A stretch of 63,336 bases of DNA, filler included, from Octopus bimaculoides (GCF_001194135.2; 8 parts of 6 records of this genome joined end to end with filler, not necessarily neighbours in it); one strand, 5' to 3'; shown: positions 40,191 to 53,312, counted from the whole stretch's first letter. A program made the numbers and translations. The notes: generated by a model not told the origin, from the sequence alone.

Positions 40191-41274
40191 TCGACAGTGT
40201 TCTTTTGATAAATTTACAAGACAAGAATGAATTTAAGTCTTATGCATTAGTGTTGATATCAACTGTCAGTGACTTCACAAAAAGTAATTTATACATGAGG
40301 CATAGTTCGCTAAAAGTGCATCTGAACGAAGGAACTACTTGAAACATATGGTATGAGCTGACTGTCACTGAGCTGGAACTAGATAAAAGCAGTTCAAAGT
40401 AAACCGATATTAGGTTTTTGCATTAATGAATTCACAAAACATCCATGGAGATAAATATATGGAGATGATAAAAAGAAAGAAAACCAGAAAGAAACTAAGA
40501 TCATCCATCCATCTATCCAGCCAGCCAGCCATCCATCCAGTCAGCCAGCCAGCCAGCCAGCCAGCCAACCAGCCAGTCAGCCGGCTAACCACTTTTCGTG
40601 CCGACTATTCCTGGGGAGGGCTGCTGAGGATAGAGTACTTTGGCACTCTGTCCATAGGGTTCATTCAAAAATTAACCGTCATTATACTTTCCGGTTGAAT
40701 TCCTCAAGCGTGACCAACATTGTAAAGGTTATCCTTTATAGTTGTTTCAAGAAGATGACATAAATAGCCACTAAAATGCTGACTGCAGACTGCTTGCAGG
40801 GAATTGCACCAACTGTGCAGTTATTTTCGAAACAGTTGTAAGGATTAATTACAAATTTTCCTTCTCATCTAGCTTTGGATTCTACATACGATGGTCTACT
40901 TTAACCTATTATTTGATGTCAATAAAACGGACTTTATAACTGCTCCGGAAGAATATTAACATATATCATAACCATAATGAGAATTCCCCAATTGATCTTT
41001 TTCTTTGATCTCTTGCTATGTAAACACCCATATATTCATTTCTACAATCAAGTAGTTGTATCGCTATATAAATATATAAATATATAAATATCATAAACTG
41101 ACCTGAGACCTGTCTAGACGCTATTCTATTTCACATGCACCAGCTCGAGTGAAACACTGCCTGCAGCTAATCCTCATTTAGGCAGCTAGAACATCTCTGC
41201 AGTTTTAGTTGCAGTTAAAGCTGGAGTTTAGACAGGCAGCCAACCAGTGTACTAATTATATGCATCTATTTACC

Positions 41275-41367
41275 TTACGTCATCAGACGTAATATTACAA
41301 GAAATTTATATGAACATATACACGCGCACACTTAAGCGTAATCACAACAATGGGTCCTGTGACGTCA
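41275..41367. promoter_or_regulatory. CRE-type motifs: TTACGTCA within an inverted repeat, and palindromic TGACGTCA
   Basis: TTACGTC-ATCA-GACGTAA at 41275-41292 and TGACGTCA at 41360-41367, in unique sequence next to minus-strand splice-donor matches. These are motif matches only. Confidence 0.3.
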
Positions 41368-41626
41368 ATTGAATCCTTGTAAAATGCATTGCTCTTTCTG
41401 ACATTACGTTGTGTTAACAGCCTCTTCTCTCTCTTACACTATACTATCAATGCCTACCTGTCGATCCAGATACTCACCTGCAGACTGACCTGCTTATATT
41501 TCATCAGAACTTCGCTCAGAATATAGTGTGGCGTAACTAGGTAACTTCTACTTATGTCTAAAAGAATATATTCTACAATAAGATATTAGATCTTGATTTG
41601 GTGTAGAGACAAGAAGTAAATAAGAA

Positions 41627-41657
<31 letters not shown>

Positions 41658-42058
41658 TCAATACACAGGCACAATGCACACACAATTGCATGTACATATA
41701 TATACATACACGCGCATGCGTGCAAGCATGTGCACTCATGCACACGTACATATGCAGGCAAATGCGCATATAGATATATACGTGTGTGTGTGTTTTTATA
41801 TGCGTAATTTCCATATACGACGCGCATGCGCAGTTATACGCCAGGTATACGTATTTATAATTAAACGCATATTTATTTACACACTCAAAACACACGTACA
41901 AACACATACACGTAAACGCATACGCACACACACACACACACACACTCTAATGCATATATATAAATATGTATATATGTGTGTGCATATCTTTTTCTCTCTC
42001 TCAATCGATATATTTATATATCTGTATCTATCTGTCTATCTGCCTATCTGTCTGTTTG

Positions 42059-42090
<32 letters not shown>

Positions 42091-42173
42091 CTTACCTATA
42101 AATGATGTATTCCATAAAGTAAACTGTAAACAAAACTGCTATACTTGATTGTAATAAGAATGAATATTTTTAT

Positions 42174-42403
42174 AAGGCGGCGAGTTGGCAGAAACGTTAG
42201 CACACCGGGTGAAATGCTTAGCGGTATTTCTTCTGTCTTTACGTTCTGAGTTCAAATTCTGCCGAGGTCGACTTTGCCTTTCATCCTTTCGCGATCGATA
42301 AATTAAGTACCAGTTATGCACTGGGGCTCGATCTAATCGACTCAATCCCTTTGTCTGTCCTTGTTTGTCCCCTCTATATTTAGCCCCTTGTGGACAATAA
42401 AGA
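42174..42403 (+). mobile_element. SINE family A, full length, tail type 2, with ~17-bp target-site duplication
   Basis: Family A head and centre, then the tail CTTTGTCTGTCCTTGTTTGTCCCCTCTAT..GCCCCTTGTGG.CAATAAAGAAAT. The flanks AATAAGAATGAA(T/C)ATTT lie at 42153-42169 and 42404-42420. Confidence 0.92.
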
Positions 42404-42723
42404 AATAAGAATGAACATTTCATAGACTACGATTCAACTGTAATACCAGAATTCAACTTGATTTAAAAAGTAACGCCTTAGCCTTCAACTAAAGAACGAC
42501 GCAGGAAGCTTGTTTGAACTAGTTCACGATGTAAACGTCGTAATTGATGAACCCTTGATGAATTTTCAGTGACTAGGATGCATAATTGCATACAGAGCAA
42601 TGTGTAGTCGCTGCAGTCGAAACATATGTTGGTCATTGTTATATATATGGTCTAGAAAACATTTTTAATAAAAAGTTTTGAATGTGAATAAATTTCCACA
42701 TTTCCACTCTGCCCTTCCTTTTC

Positions 42724-42766
<43 letters not shown>

Positions 42767-42812
42767 CATAATATGGTAAAAATTCGATATTAATTAATAT
42801 CAATTACTGGTC

Positions 42813-42843
<31 letters not shown>

Positions 42844-43432
42844 NNNNNNNNNNNNNNNNNNNNNNNNNNNNNNNNNNNNNNNNNNNNNNNNNNNNNNNNN
42901 NNNNNNNNNNNNNNNNNNNNNNNNNNNNNNNNNNNNNNNNNNNNNNNNNNNNNNNNNNNNNNNNNNNNNNNNNNNNNNNNNNNNNNNNNNNNNNNNNNNN
43001 NNNNNNNNNNNNNNNNNNNNNNNNNNNNNNNNNNNNNNNNNNNNNNNNNNNNNNNNNNNNNNNNNNNNNNNNNNNNNNNNNNNNNNNNNNNNNNNNNNNN
43101 NNNNNNNNNNNNNNNNNNNNNNNNNNNNNNNNNNNNNNNNNNNNNNNNNNNNNNNNNNNNNNNNNNNNNNNNNNNNNNNNNNNNNNNNNNNNNNNNNNNN
43201 NNNNNNNNNNNNNNNNNNNNNNNNNNNNNNNNNNNNNNNNNNNNNNNNNNNNNNNNNNNNNNNNNNNNNNNNNNNNNNNNNNNNNNNNNNNNNNNNNNNN
43301 NNNNNNNNNNNNNNNNNNNNNNNNNNNNNNNNNNNNNNNNNNNNNNNNNNNNNNNNNNNNNNNNNNNNNNNNNNNNNNNNNNNNNNNNNNNNNNNNNNNN
43401 NNNNNNNNNNNNNNNNNNNNNNNNNNNNNNNN

Positions 43433-43469
<37 letters not shown>

Positions 43470-43652
43470 GCATGGATGTATGCATATATGTATGTGTGTG
43501 TGTATGTATATATGTCAGTAGGTTGTATGCTTGCGTGTATGTAGTCTATTTATGCATGTATGTAACCTATCACGTATATATGTGTGTGTATGTATATATA
43601 TATGTATATATATATTTATAAATCTATATCTATATCTATCTCTCTACCTACA

Positions 43653-43714
<62 letters not shown>

Positions 43715-44809
43715 GATAATTATCTACCTATCTGTCTGTCTATACTTACACACATACACATACATACATATATATAAATCAATATACATATACATGTAAA
43801 TATGCATACAAGCACACACAGACGCAATTGTATGTTCGTATGTATATTTGTGTGTGTGTGTACGTCTGTATATGCTAATGTATGTATACAGCTTGCGTTT
43901 TCTTGTGCATGTGTGGTATTACAGTAAATGCATACGCCTGCATGCAAACTTAGATTTGTGAGACATTGCAGAAATCCTCCATGTGAGATCCTTATTTGAA
44001 TAGATGCACACAGGTGGGTGTATGCATCAACAACTCAACCAGCATACCAACTCAACCACATATATTTACAAACACCGGGAACTCTCTTCGCTCAAAGAGT
44101 CTTGTTACTTTGTTAGCAACCGTCTTGAACCCTCTCAAGAATTTAAATTAAACTCAAAGAAAAATCATACATATATGTATGCACACGAGTCTGTGTCTAG
44201 TGAATTCTTCCATAGAATCTACCATCAGAATTTCTTAATTAACGCATTGTGTATCACCAGTGAAGCAGCGATATTTACAAAAAACACTGAGTTAAAATCG
44301 AAATGTATTTCGCCCTGCCAAGCTATATAATTTAATATCTAATATGCTATAATATTATCTTCGTTTTGTTACTCTTTAAATAGGTTTCTACTCCATTTTA
44401 GCTACTCTTGATAATTCCTAAAAAAAATATTTTCATTTCTTTTTCACATTATTAAATTTGTCTCGTCCATTCATAGCAAAAAACATACAAACAAACAAAC
44501 AAACGAAAAGCTCAATCTTAATATTTCGTCTATTTAAAGTTGCCCGATTTCTTAATTAAAGGAATTGTATTCTTCCATTGTAACATCTTTAAAAGTATTC
44601 ATCAAATACGGAACATGAGTTACAAGAACAACAAGAAAACAACAAAGTCAAAAGAAATACGAAAACAAAAAAAAAACGCAACTAAAATGGTTTTAATAAG
44701 GAAAGAAAAAAGAAGTTTATAGCATTTTAGAATTACTTAAACAGAGAGAAATGACATTTTGAGATTATATTTTGGCCATTTGCTAATGACATCGGAATCA
44801 CTTTAGAAA

Positions 44810-44823
44810 GTAGTGTATGTATG

Positions 44824-44855
<32 letters not shown>

Positions 44856-45110
44856 TGCATGTATGTATGTATGTATGTATGTATGTATTATGTTTGTGTG
44901 TATGTATGTATGTATGTGTGTGTGTATGTATGTATGTATGTATATATGTATGTATGGATGTATGTATGTATGTATTATGTATGTGTGTATGTATGTATGT
45001 GTGTGTGTATGTATGTATGTATGTATGTATGTATATATGCATGTATGTATGTATATATGTATATATGTATGTATATGTATATGTGTATGTATGTAAGCAT
45101 GCATATATGT
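44810..45110 (+). repeat. (TATG)n-dominated microsatellite array
   Basis: Direct reading. Confidence 0.95.
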
Positions 45111-45130
45111 GCATACATATATCCATAGAT

Positions 45131-45161
<31 letters not shown>

Positions 45162-45243
45162 CTTATACATATATATATGTAGAGAGAGAGAGAGGGAGAG
45201 AGTGAAAGAGACAGAGAGACAAGCATACATAACACACATACAC

Positions 45244-45291
<48 letters not shown>

Positions 45292-45644
45292 NNNNNNNNN
45301 NNNNNNNNNNNNNNNNNNNNNNNNNNNNNNNNNNNTTAATTAATTAANNNNNNNNNNNNNNNNNNNNNNNNNNNNNNNNNNNNNNNNNNNNATATATATA
45401 TATATGTATATATAACAAAGAAGTTTGAAAACGCCACTATATAAGATGAAGTTTAATTTTCTCAAAGATATTTTACATGTTTTGGTTCATGAAAAAACGA
45501 ACCTTATTAAAAACATATTTTTAAAAATGTAATTAAAAGAAACGTTCATAATTGCTTCTTACTGGTGTCAACATAGTCCGCGTGGGAGCGTTTTATGTGT
45601 GGGGAAATAATGGCTGTCTCGTGCGTTGATTTGAATCGTTGGCT

Positions 45645-45686
<42 letters not shown>

Positions 45687-45810
45687 TTGGTAGTGTTAAA
45701 CGGGAGTGACCGCTGTCCGTGATAGCAGCAGTAGTTAATTGGCTGTAGTAGTAGAGGAAGCAGCAGCAGCAGCACCAGTAGTAGTAGTAGTAGTAGTAGT
45801 AGTAGCAGTA
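45645..45810 (+). repeat. (TAG)n/(CAG)n tracts
   Basis: Direct reading. Confidence 0.9.
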
Positions 45811-46189
45811 TACATATATATGACTTATCCATAGTATGCAGAAGCCTGGAATTTTAAAGAAAGTAAGAAACTACGTAACGCGAACTTCGCTGATGCAGCC
45901 CGGAAATGGAACAGTAAAGGTATTCAAGTCTTTCTCAAAGTTTGATGTGTAACAATTACCGTTGTCCTAATCCAACTTTCCAGTGATGTTGCTTTATGTC
46001 TTTGTTAGAAACCGGTTCTTTTGTCTTGAAGGAATGCTACTAAATATAAGGGAGAAAAAGGCGTACATGTGTGGTGGTCTACGTAGCTAAATAGTTGAAT
46101 GATCTCCCTTGCAAAAAGATTATAGAGTAACCTCCCTTTTCTTAGTTTCTTCAAGCATCTGTCATGAGACGTGATTCTTAATTATTCAA

Positions 46190-46500
46190 GAAGCTTGGCT
46201 TTTCTCATGGAAGTTTCTAGAATGTCCAGCGTCCCATTGATAAAAGCAACTTACTAACCCAGATCTTCGCTTCTTAGTCGATTAGTCATTGCTATGTCCG
46301 TCTTTTTCTCTATGCCATATGACTGAAAACCACCACTTAGCTGTTATTTCTACATTTTGTATCTTTCTTGCTTTTTTATAATCAATCCATTCAGTTCTGA
46401 GATTTCTGCGTTTGCTATGACAATTCTCAAGGATCATGCGATTGATTAAGAGTTGTTCAGTGGGGAAAATATCGTTCTGTTCCATAAATTTCTATGTTTT
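46190..46500 (-). mobile_element. RLE-type LINE RT remnant, heavily deleted
   Basis: NDIFPTEQLLINRMILENCHSKRRNLRTEWIDYKKA matches the QLLI..ILE....RNL..AWIDYKKA(FD) RT region of R4/Dong-like LINEs. Confidence 0.7.
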
Positions 46501-46739
46501 CTCCACGAGGATGGATATCAAAATTTATACGTGGTAAATAGACATGTTATGGGCCGATAGCTTTGCGGAAATTTTGTTTCATTATACTTCGGGAGTAGGT
46601 AAGAAATACCTCTTGCTAACCAATCGGGTGTTTTCGTAGAATCTCTCATAATTTCATTGAATAACTGAACTAAGTCGATTCATGACATGGCTAAGTTACT
46701 TTTCCTCTTCTTGCAGTCTCCAAGCACAATCATCATTAA

Positions 46740-46804
<65 letters not shown>

Positions 46805-47360
46805 CGTTTTCTATTTTCTTTTTTTTTCTTTTTAACAAAATAATATTGCAGAGAGAAAGGAAGAAAAAAAAGNNNNNNNNNNNNNNNNNNNNNNNNNNNN
46901 NNNNNNNNNNNNNNNNNNNNNNNNNNNNNNNNNNNNNNNNNNNNNNNNNNNNNNNNNNNNNNNNNNNNNNNNNNNNNNNNNNNNNNNNNNNNNNNNNNNN
47001 NNNNNNNNNNNNNNNNNNNNNNNNNNNNNNNNNNNNNNNNNNNNNNNNNNNNNNNNNNNNNNNNNNNNNNNNNNNNNNNNNNNNNNNNNNNNNNNNNNNN
47101 NNNNNNNNNNNNNNNNNNNNNNNNNNNNNNNNNNNNNNNNNNNNNNNNNNNNNNNNNNNNNNNNNNNNNNNNNNNNNNNNNNNNNNNNNNNNNNNNNNNN
47201 NNNNNNNNNNNNNNNNNNNNNNNNNNNNNNNNNNNNNNNNNNNNNNNNNNNNNNNNNNNNNNNNNNNNNNNNNNNNNNNNNNNNNNNNNNNNNNNNNNNN
47301 NNNNNNNNNNNNNNNNNNNNNNNNNNNNNNNNNNNNNNNNNNNNNNNNNNNNNNNNNNNN

Positions 47361-47392
<32 letters not shown>

Positions 47393-47847
47393 TATATATA
47401 TATACCATATATTATATATATGTATGCACACACACACATGCACACGCATATACTTCTATGCACTTATGCACATATGTGTGTGGTATGTTTGTGTGTTTGT
47501 GAGTGTGTATGTGTGTGAACACAAGATATTACTCGATGTAGCAAAACATTATGGCTAAATATGAGAAAATGTGGGGAGAATATTAACTGAATCCCTCTTC
47601 GGTATATCTGCAGAGAGGGACACTTAACACATGAGATAAAGTGACGATACACATTTAAAAAAAAAAAGAGGGGAGAAAAGAAAAAAATCAATATTGAAAA
47701 CATTTCCATTCCATTCAGCTCTTTTAAATCCACTGCTGGTTAAACGCCAAACCTCACCACACCGTTTCCGCCTTATCTGTGAGGAGGGTTGCAACCCTAC
47801 CTGTTCACGTCATTTGCCCATTTCTGGATAAGTATCTATGCTTGTGA

Positions 47848-47912
<65 letters not shown>

Positions 47913-48269
47913 TATATATATATGCTTATATACGTGTGATTGTGAGTTCGTGTGTTTATCTGTGCCTATATGTAGCCTAGATGCTCATTAAACTTCAAAG
48001 TTACAGAGATGATCCACGAACAAAATGTCGCATTTAGATTCAGTCACCGAGCGTAAGTTAAAGTGTTCTTTTTTTTTTTAATTTCTTTCATAACATTTAT
48101 TTAATATTTATTTCAAACATTTCAGTTTATAATGTCTTTCTAGTTGCTCATGACTTCGACAAAAACAAAGATTTACAATATAAAAACGTGTGTTTATTTG
48201 TGTCCATCAAGTATAATATATATATATGTATATATATACATATATGTGTGTGTTTGTGAGTGTGTGTAC

Positions 48270-48305
<36 letters not shown>

Positions 48306-48462
48306 ACATACTCGCCTATATATAGATATATATGTATAGAATGAGAGATAGTAAGAGAGAAGGAAAGAGATGTAGAGAGTGAGAGACGAGATAGCTATAG
48401 ATCGATGTACATAAGGATATAAGGATATATATATATGTATATGTATATGTATATATATATTT

Positions 48463-48525
<63 letters not shown>

Positions 48526-49039
48526 CATATATAAACATTCGTATATACCTGTGCATATATGCACCCGTGGATACATTCTTCCGGTCATTTTATATATTTC
48601 GTGTATTCTGTGAGACGGAACGCTATACTTTACTTTGTGGTTTCATTATTAGAATTATTGTTATTAGTATTCATATTAACTTTATATCACTTTTAGCAAT
48701 AATAATTCTGTTGAAAATTTAACTGCAGAACATTACAGTTAATCTCTTTCGCATTAAAGAAGATATCGAAAATCGTAAAACTCCAATTGCATAAACGTAT
48801 TTCGATCTTAGCTGGATCTCTTCAGTTTTTGGTGCCGGATTTAAATGGTTTTTATGAGAATCAAGATATATACCGATTTTGCTTTACGAAAGGAAGTGAG
48901 AGGTGGATTAATTATGAGATTAAAAATCGATTGCGGTTTTCAAATCGGAAAAGTTTCGAAAGAGAAAAGCCATCGAAGAGTCTATCATTGCTCAAATCAG
49001 ATAAATAGATAAAGAACCAGAGGTAGATCGCTGAAAATA

Positions 49040-49812
49040 TGCACTGTGATAAGAAATTACTTCCTAACAGCATGGTTCTTGGTTCAGTCCCAGTACGTGG
49101 TACCATACGTAAGTGCCTTCTACTATAGCCTCCGGCAGACTAAACTTTTGTGAGAGGATATGGTAGAGGGAAACTGAAAGAAAAACATTAAATCACTCAC
49201 ACACACAAGCGTGCATACATACTTGTGAGTGGATTTTGGTAGCCGAGGTCGACTTTGTCTTTCATCCTTTCGGGGTCGATAAATTAAGTACCAGTTACGC
49301 ACTGGTGTCGATGTAATCGACTTAATCCGTTTGTCTGTCCTTGTTTGTCCCCTCTATGTTTAGCCCCTTGTGGGCAATAAAGAAATCAGAAACTTTAGCA
49401 CACCGGGCGAAGTACTTAGCAGCTTTCTGACAGTCCTTACATTCTGACTTCAAATTCCGCCGAGGTCTACTTTGTCTTTTAACCTTTCGGAGCGATAAAT
49501 TAAGTACCAGTTGCGTTCTAGGGTTGATCGAATCAACTGGTCCCCTCCACCAAAGATTTCCGGCTTTGTGCCTAGAGTAGAAAAGTATATTAAAAGTGGC
49601 AGGCTGGCAGAACCGGTAGCACGCCTGGCGAAATGCTTAGCGCTATTTTGTCTGTCTTTACGTTCTGCGTTCAAATTCTATCGAGGTCGACTTTGCCTTT
49701 CATCCCTTCTGGTTCGATAAATTAAGTACCAGTAGCGTACTGGGGTCGATATAATCGACTGACCCTCTCCCCCACCTAAATTTCCGGCCTTGTGCCTCGA
49801 ATAGAAAAGAAT
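49040..49812 (+). mobile_element. Head-to-tail SINE cluster: family B 5' part plus three family A copies
   Basis: Family B head at ~49040-49190. Family A copies at ~49243-49385 (tail 2), ~49390-49590 (tail 1) and ~49597-49812 (tail 1), all on plus. Confidence 0.88.
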
Positions 49813-50011
49813 ATTGAAGGTGATGAAAAATGAGTCTAACTGATCAATCGTTCCGTTAGATTTGTCGAAGTGCTTTCTTCGCCGTTTGTGACCACATTGA
49901 CGCCACGCCCTCTCTACACCATCTCAGTGGTACATTGGAGAAGTGTTTTCTATTATAGTCGTGGGTCAACAAATACCTTGTGAGTGAATTTGGCAGACAG
50001 AAACTATGCAG

Positions 50012-50345
50012 TCGTGTTTGTTTGTGTGTCCATGGACAAGATATCTCAAGAACCGCTGGATGGATTTGAATGAAACTTTCAGGGATGTTTAGCCTCGTAA
50101 TTGGCACGAACTAATTAGATTTGGGGATTGATCCGGTACCGGACAAGGATTCTGGATTATTTTTCCTGTTTTCTTTTTTTTAACTGAATTTTTGAGAGCG
50201 GTCGGGTTCAATTCTAGTATTCTCGTTTGTGAGAGCAGTCGAGTTTATTTCAGATATTCTCATTTTAAAAATCATATCCAACTAATCATTGAGAGGACGT
50301 TGCTGTTGCCTTGGCGGAGGTTTGCACTCCCTGAGTGCTCTTGTT
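50012..50345 (+). mobile_element. Helentron-associated non-autonomous element (HINE/DINE-1-like), 5'-truncated
   Basis: The 3' end has a sub-terminal motif CCTTGGCGGAGGT (50309-50321), a stem-loop GCACTC-CCT-GAGTGC (50324-50338) and TCTTGTT. The body has (GTTT)n..GATATCTCAAGAACCGCTGGATGGATTTGAATGAAACTT..GATCCGGTACCGGA. The matching 5' sub-TIR was not found. Confidence 0.7.
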
Positions 50346-50720
50346 CTTATTGGTTGCAGTCAGAGGCTGAGACCATGCTAGAACGCCGACTATCAGTGTG
50401 ATTGTGTTTTTTCTGTACCTTTTCGAATGCGGCAGAGTGTTGGACGGAGCTGTTCATCTTTGTGCCTCGCGTCGCGATGTGGTTTCATCTGGTATCTCCG
50501 ATAAAAAAAAGTTTTCCAGACGCACATTGAAGACCACAACATCTACACTTCGCAAATCTCTGAGGGTGTTTAGCTGAATGCTGAACAATATTGGACCCCT
50601 GAAACCCAAGCTATTGCAATTCTGGGTCCTTATTCTACACGGAGAAGACGAGATCTTTGGTATTATGCTGTGCCGATCGGTTTGGTGGTTGATATAGCTT
50701 TCAGTTCCAAAGTTAGGAGC
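50346..50720 (-). mobile_element. CR1/L2-group LINE 3' end with 3' UTR
   Basis: APNFGTESY..GRH-like..CNSLGFRGPILFS..LRDL..VFNVRLENFFLSEIPDE..*TAPSNTL fits the C-terminal NS..FRGP.LFN.LP..FK..LD..L..PD.P pattern. A short UTR ends in an A-rich tail. Confidence 0.75.
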
Positions 50721-51129
50721 AATATTTTCTTTAATTAGTTGTGGCTGGTTGAAAGTAGTGTTGAGACATGGCTCTAAAACCAACCAATTCTTTGATACGA
50801 TTGCTTGAGCAGAATGATAAGAGAAAACCCCATAAAGCATAGATCCCCAAATAAAAAAAAATTGGTGTGATCGTTTCCAATGTGGCGTGAGTCTTGACCA
50901 TAAAAAGAAACAGCAATTTATGTGAGCCGATTGATTGTGATGTTTCCTGGCAAAAAAACCTAAAGAGAGTTAGAATATTATTCCATCACGTTAATGGATT
51001 TTGAGTTGGTGTGTGACAGATTGTGTTCTGTTCAAAATGAAGTTCGTATCGGCTGGGACGCGCTTAGTGTAAGGAAAGCCAAATTTGTTGGTGATTGTGA
51101 ATGCACGAGAGGGTGACAATTACAATAAA

Positions 51130-51160
<31 letters not shown>

Positions 51161-52788
51161 TATATATATANNNNNNNNNNNNNNNNNNNNNNNNNNNNNN
51201 NNNNNNNNNNNNNNNNNNNNNNNNNNNNNNNNNNNNNNNNNNNNNNNNNNNNNNNNNNNNNNNNNNNNNNNNNNNNNNNNNNNNNNNNNNNNNNNNNNNN
51301 NNNNNNNNNNNNNNNNNNNNNNNNNNNNNNNNNNNNNNNNNNNNNNNNNNNNNNNNNNNNNNNNNNNNNNNNNNNNNNNNNNNNNNNNNNNNNNNNNNNN
51401 NNNNNNNNNNNNNNNNNNNNNNNNNNNNNNNNNNNNNNNNNNNNNNNNNNNNNNNNNNNNNNNNNNNNNNNNNNNNNNNNNNNNNNNNNNNNNNNNNNNN
51501 NNNNNNNNNNNNNNNNNNNNNNNNNNNNNNNNNNNNNNNNNNNNNNNNNNNNNNNNNNNNNNNNNNNNNNNNNNNNNNNNNNNNNNNNNNNNNNNNNNNN
51601 NNNNNNNNNNNNNNNNNNNNNNNNNNNNNNNNNNNNNNNNNNNNNNNNNNNNNNNNNNNNNNNNNNNNNNNNNNNNNNNNNNNNNNNNNNNNNNNNNNNN
51701 NNNNNNNNNNNNNNNNNNNNNNNNNNNNNNNNNNNNNNNNNNNNNNNNNNNNNNNNNNNNNNNNNNNNNNNNNNNNNNNNNNNNNNNNNNNNNNNNNNNN
51801 NNNNNNNNNNNNNNNNNNNNNNNNNNNNNNNNNNNNNNNNNNNNNNNNNNNNNNNNNNNNNNNNNNNNNNNNNNNNNNNNNNNNNNNNNNNNNNNNNNNN
51901 NNNNNNNNNNNNNNNNNNNNNNNNNNNNNNNNNNNNNNNNNNNNNNNNNNNNNNNNNNNNNNNNNNNNNNNNNNNNNNNNNNNNNNNNNNNNNNNNNNNN
52001 NNNNNNNNNNNNNNNNNNNNNNNNNNNNNNNNNNNNNNNNNNNNNNNNNNNNNNNNNNNNNNNNNNNNNNNNNNNNNNNNNNNNNNTATATATATATATA
52101 TATATATATATATTCATATATATATGCGTATATACGCGTGCGTGAGTGGCTTTCTTTATGCAGAAAGGCATTGTTAAGCATCAGCTGATATATTCGTATA
52201 AATTCGGCAGAAAGACCCTTTGAAGGGACAAAAAAAAAAAAAAACAAGAAAAATATGAGAAAGTAAGTAAAAGAGACGAAAGGGAAAAGGCAGGTCGAGG
52301 TAGTGAACTAGTGAGTTAGAGAAAGGTGAGTAATGGTGAACGGAGACGGCGAAATGATAAGATTTATCAGTTTATAGATCTCATTTCCTTTTATTTCCAC
52401 GATTTCATGCAGAAATCTAACGTGCAACGTCTACAAAGTGATAAAACCGATTAAGATTTCCACCTCGCCCTCCGACAACATCTCTCTCTCTCTCTCTTTC
52501 ACCCTCACTTTCTCTCTTTCTCTGTCATGCGTTGCCTATGTCACTATGCGTGTTTAGGACTATGTTTGTGTGTGTTTGTGTGTGTGTCTGTGGTCTGCGT
52601 TGCTCTCGTTCGCCCTCTCTCTCTCTCTACACTACCAGCACTTTACTTCTAGATCACTGACATCTCACTCAGATGCTCTACAACGCACACATGCATGCAC
52701 ACACGTGTCCGCGTTCGCACTAACATGTCCGTACACGTGCGTGTGCACACACACATACACACAGATGTGCGCGCGGGTGAGAGAGAGA

Positions 52789-52824
<36 letters not shown>

Positions 52825-52834
52825 NNNNNNNNNN

Positions 52835-52881
<47 letters not shown>

Positions 52882-53159
52882 TTGCTGTTCGTATGTGAGA
52901 CATTTCCAAAACTCTTCTTACCCCCACCCGCATCTTTCTGTCTTTCTCAACTGAACGAAAAAAAGACAAAAATGTTTCTCTCAAAAGGCTCGATAACTAA
53001 TTTAAAATTCATCACATCTATGGCAAAAATCTACATGTCTTTGTATATAAAAAACATACATATATACATATATGCCTACCTACACACATACATACACACA
53101 TATACATATACACACATATACATACACACACAAGCACGCACGCACATGGATAGATAAGT

Positions 53160-53197
53160 GGATAGATAAAAGCTACATAGACAGACAGACAGACTGT

Positions 53198-53266
<69 letters not shown>

Positions 53267-53275
53267 GAAGATAGA
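53160..53275 (+). repeat. (GATA)n/(GACA)n microsatellite
   Basis: Direct reading. Confidence 0.95.
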
Positions 53276-53312
53276 TATGCAGTTCTATGTTTAAGAGATG
53301 AGGAATTATATA

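Noticed and set aside
39797-40342. Met/Thr-rich and Asn/Ser-rich ORFs
   Set aside because: They are fully explained by trinucleotide microsatellites.
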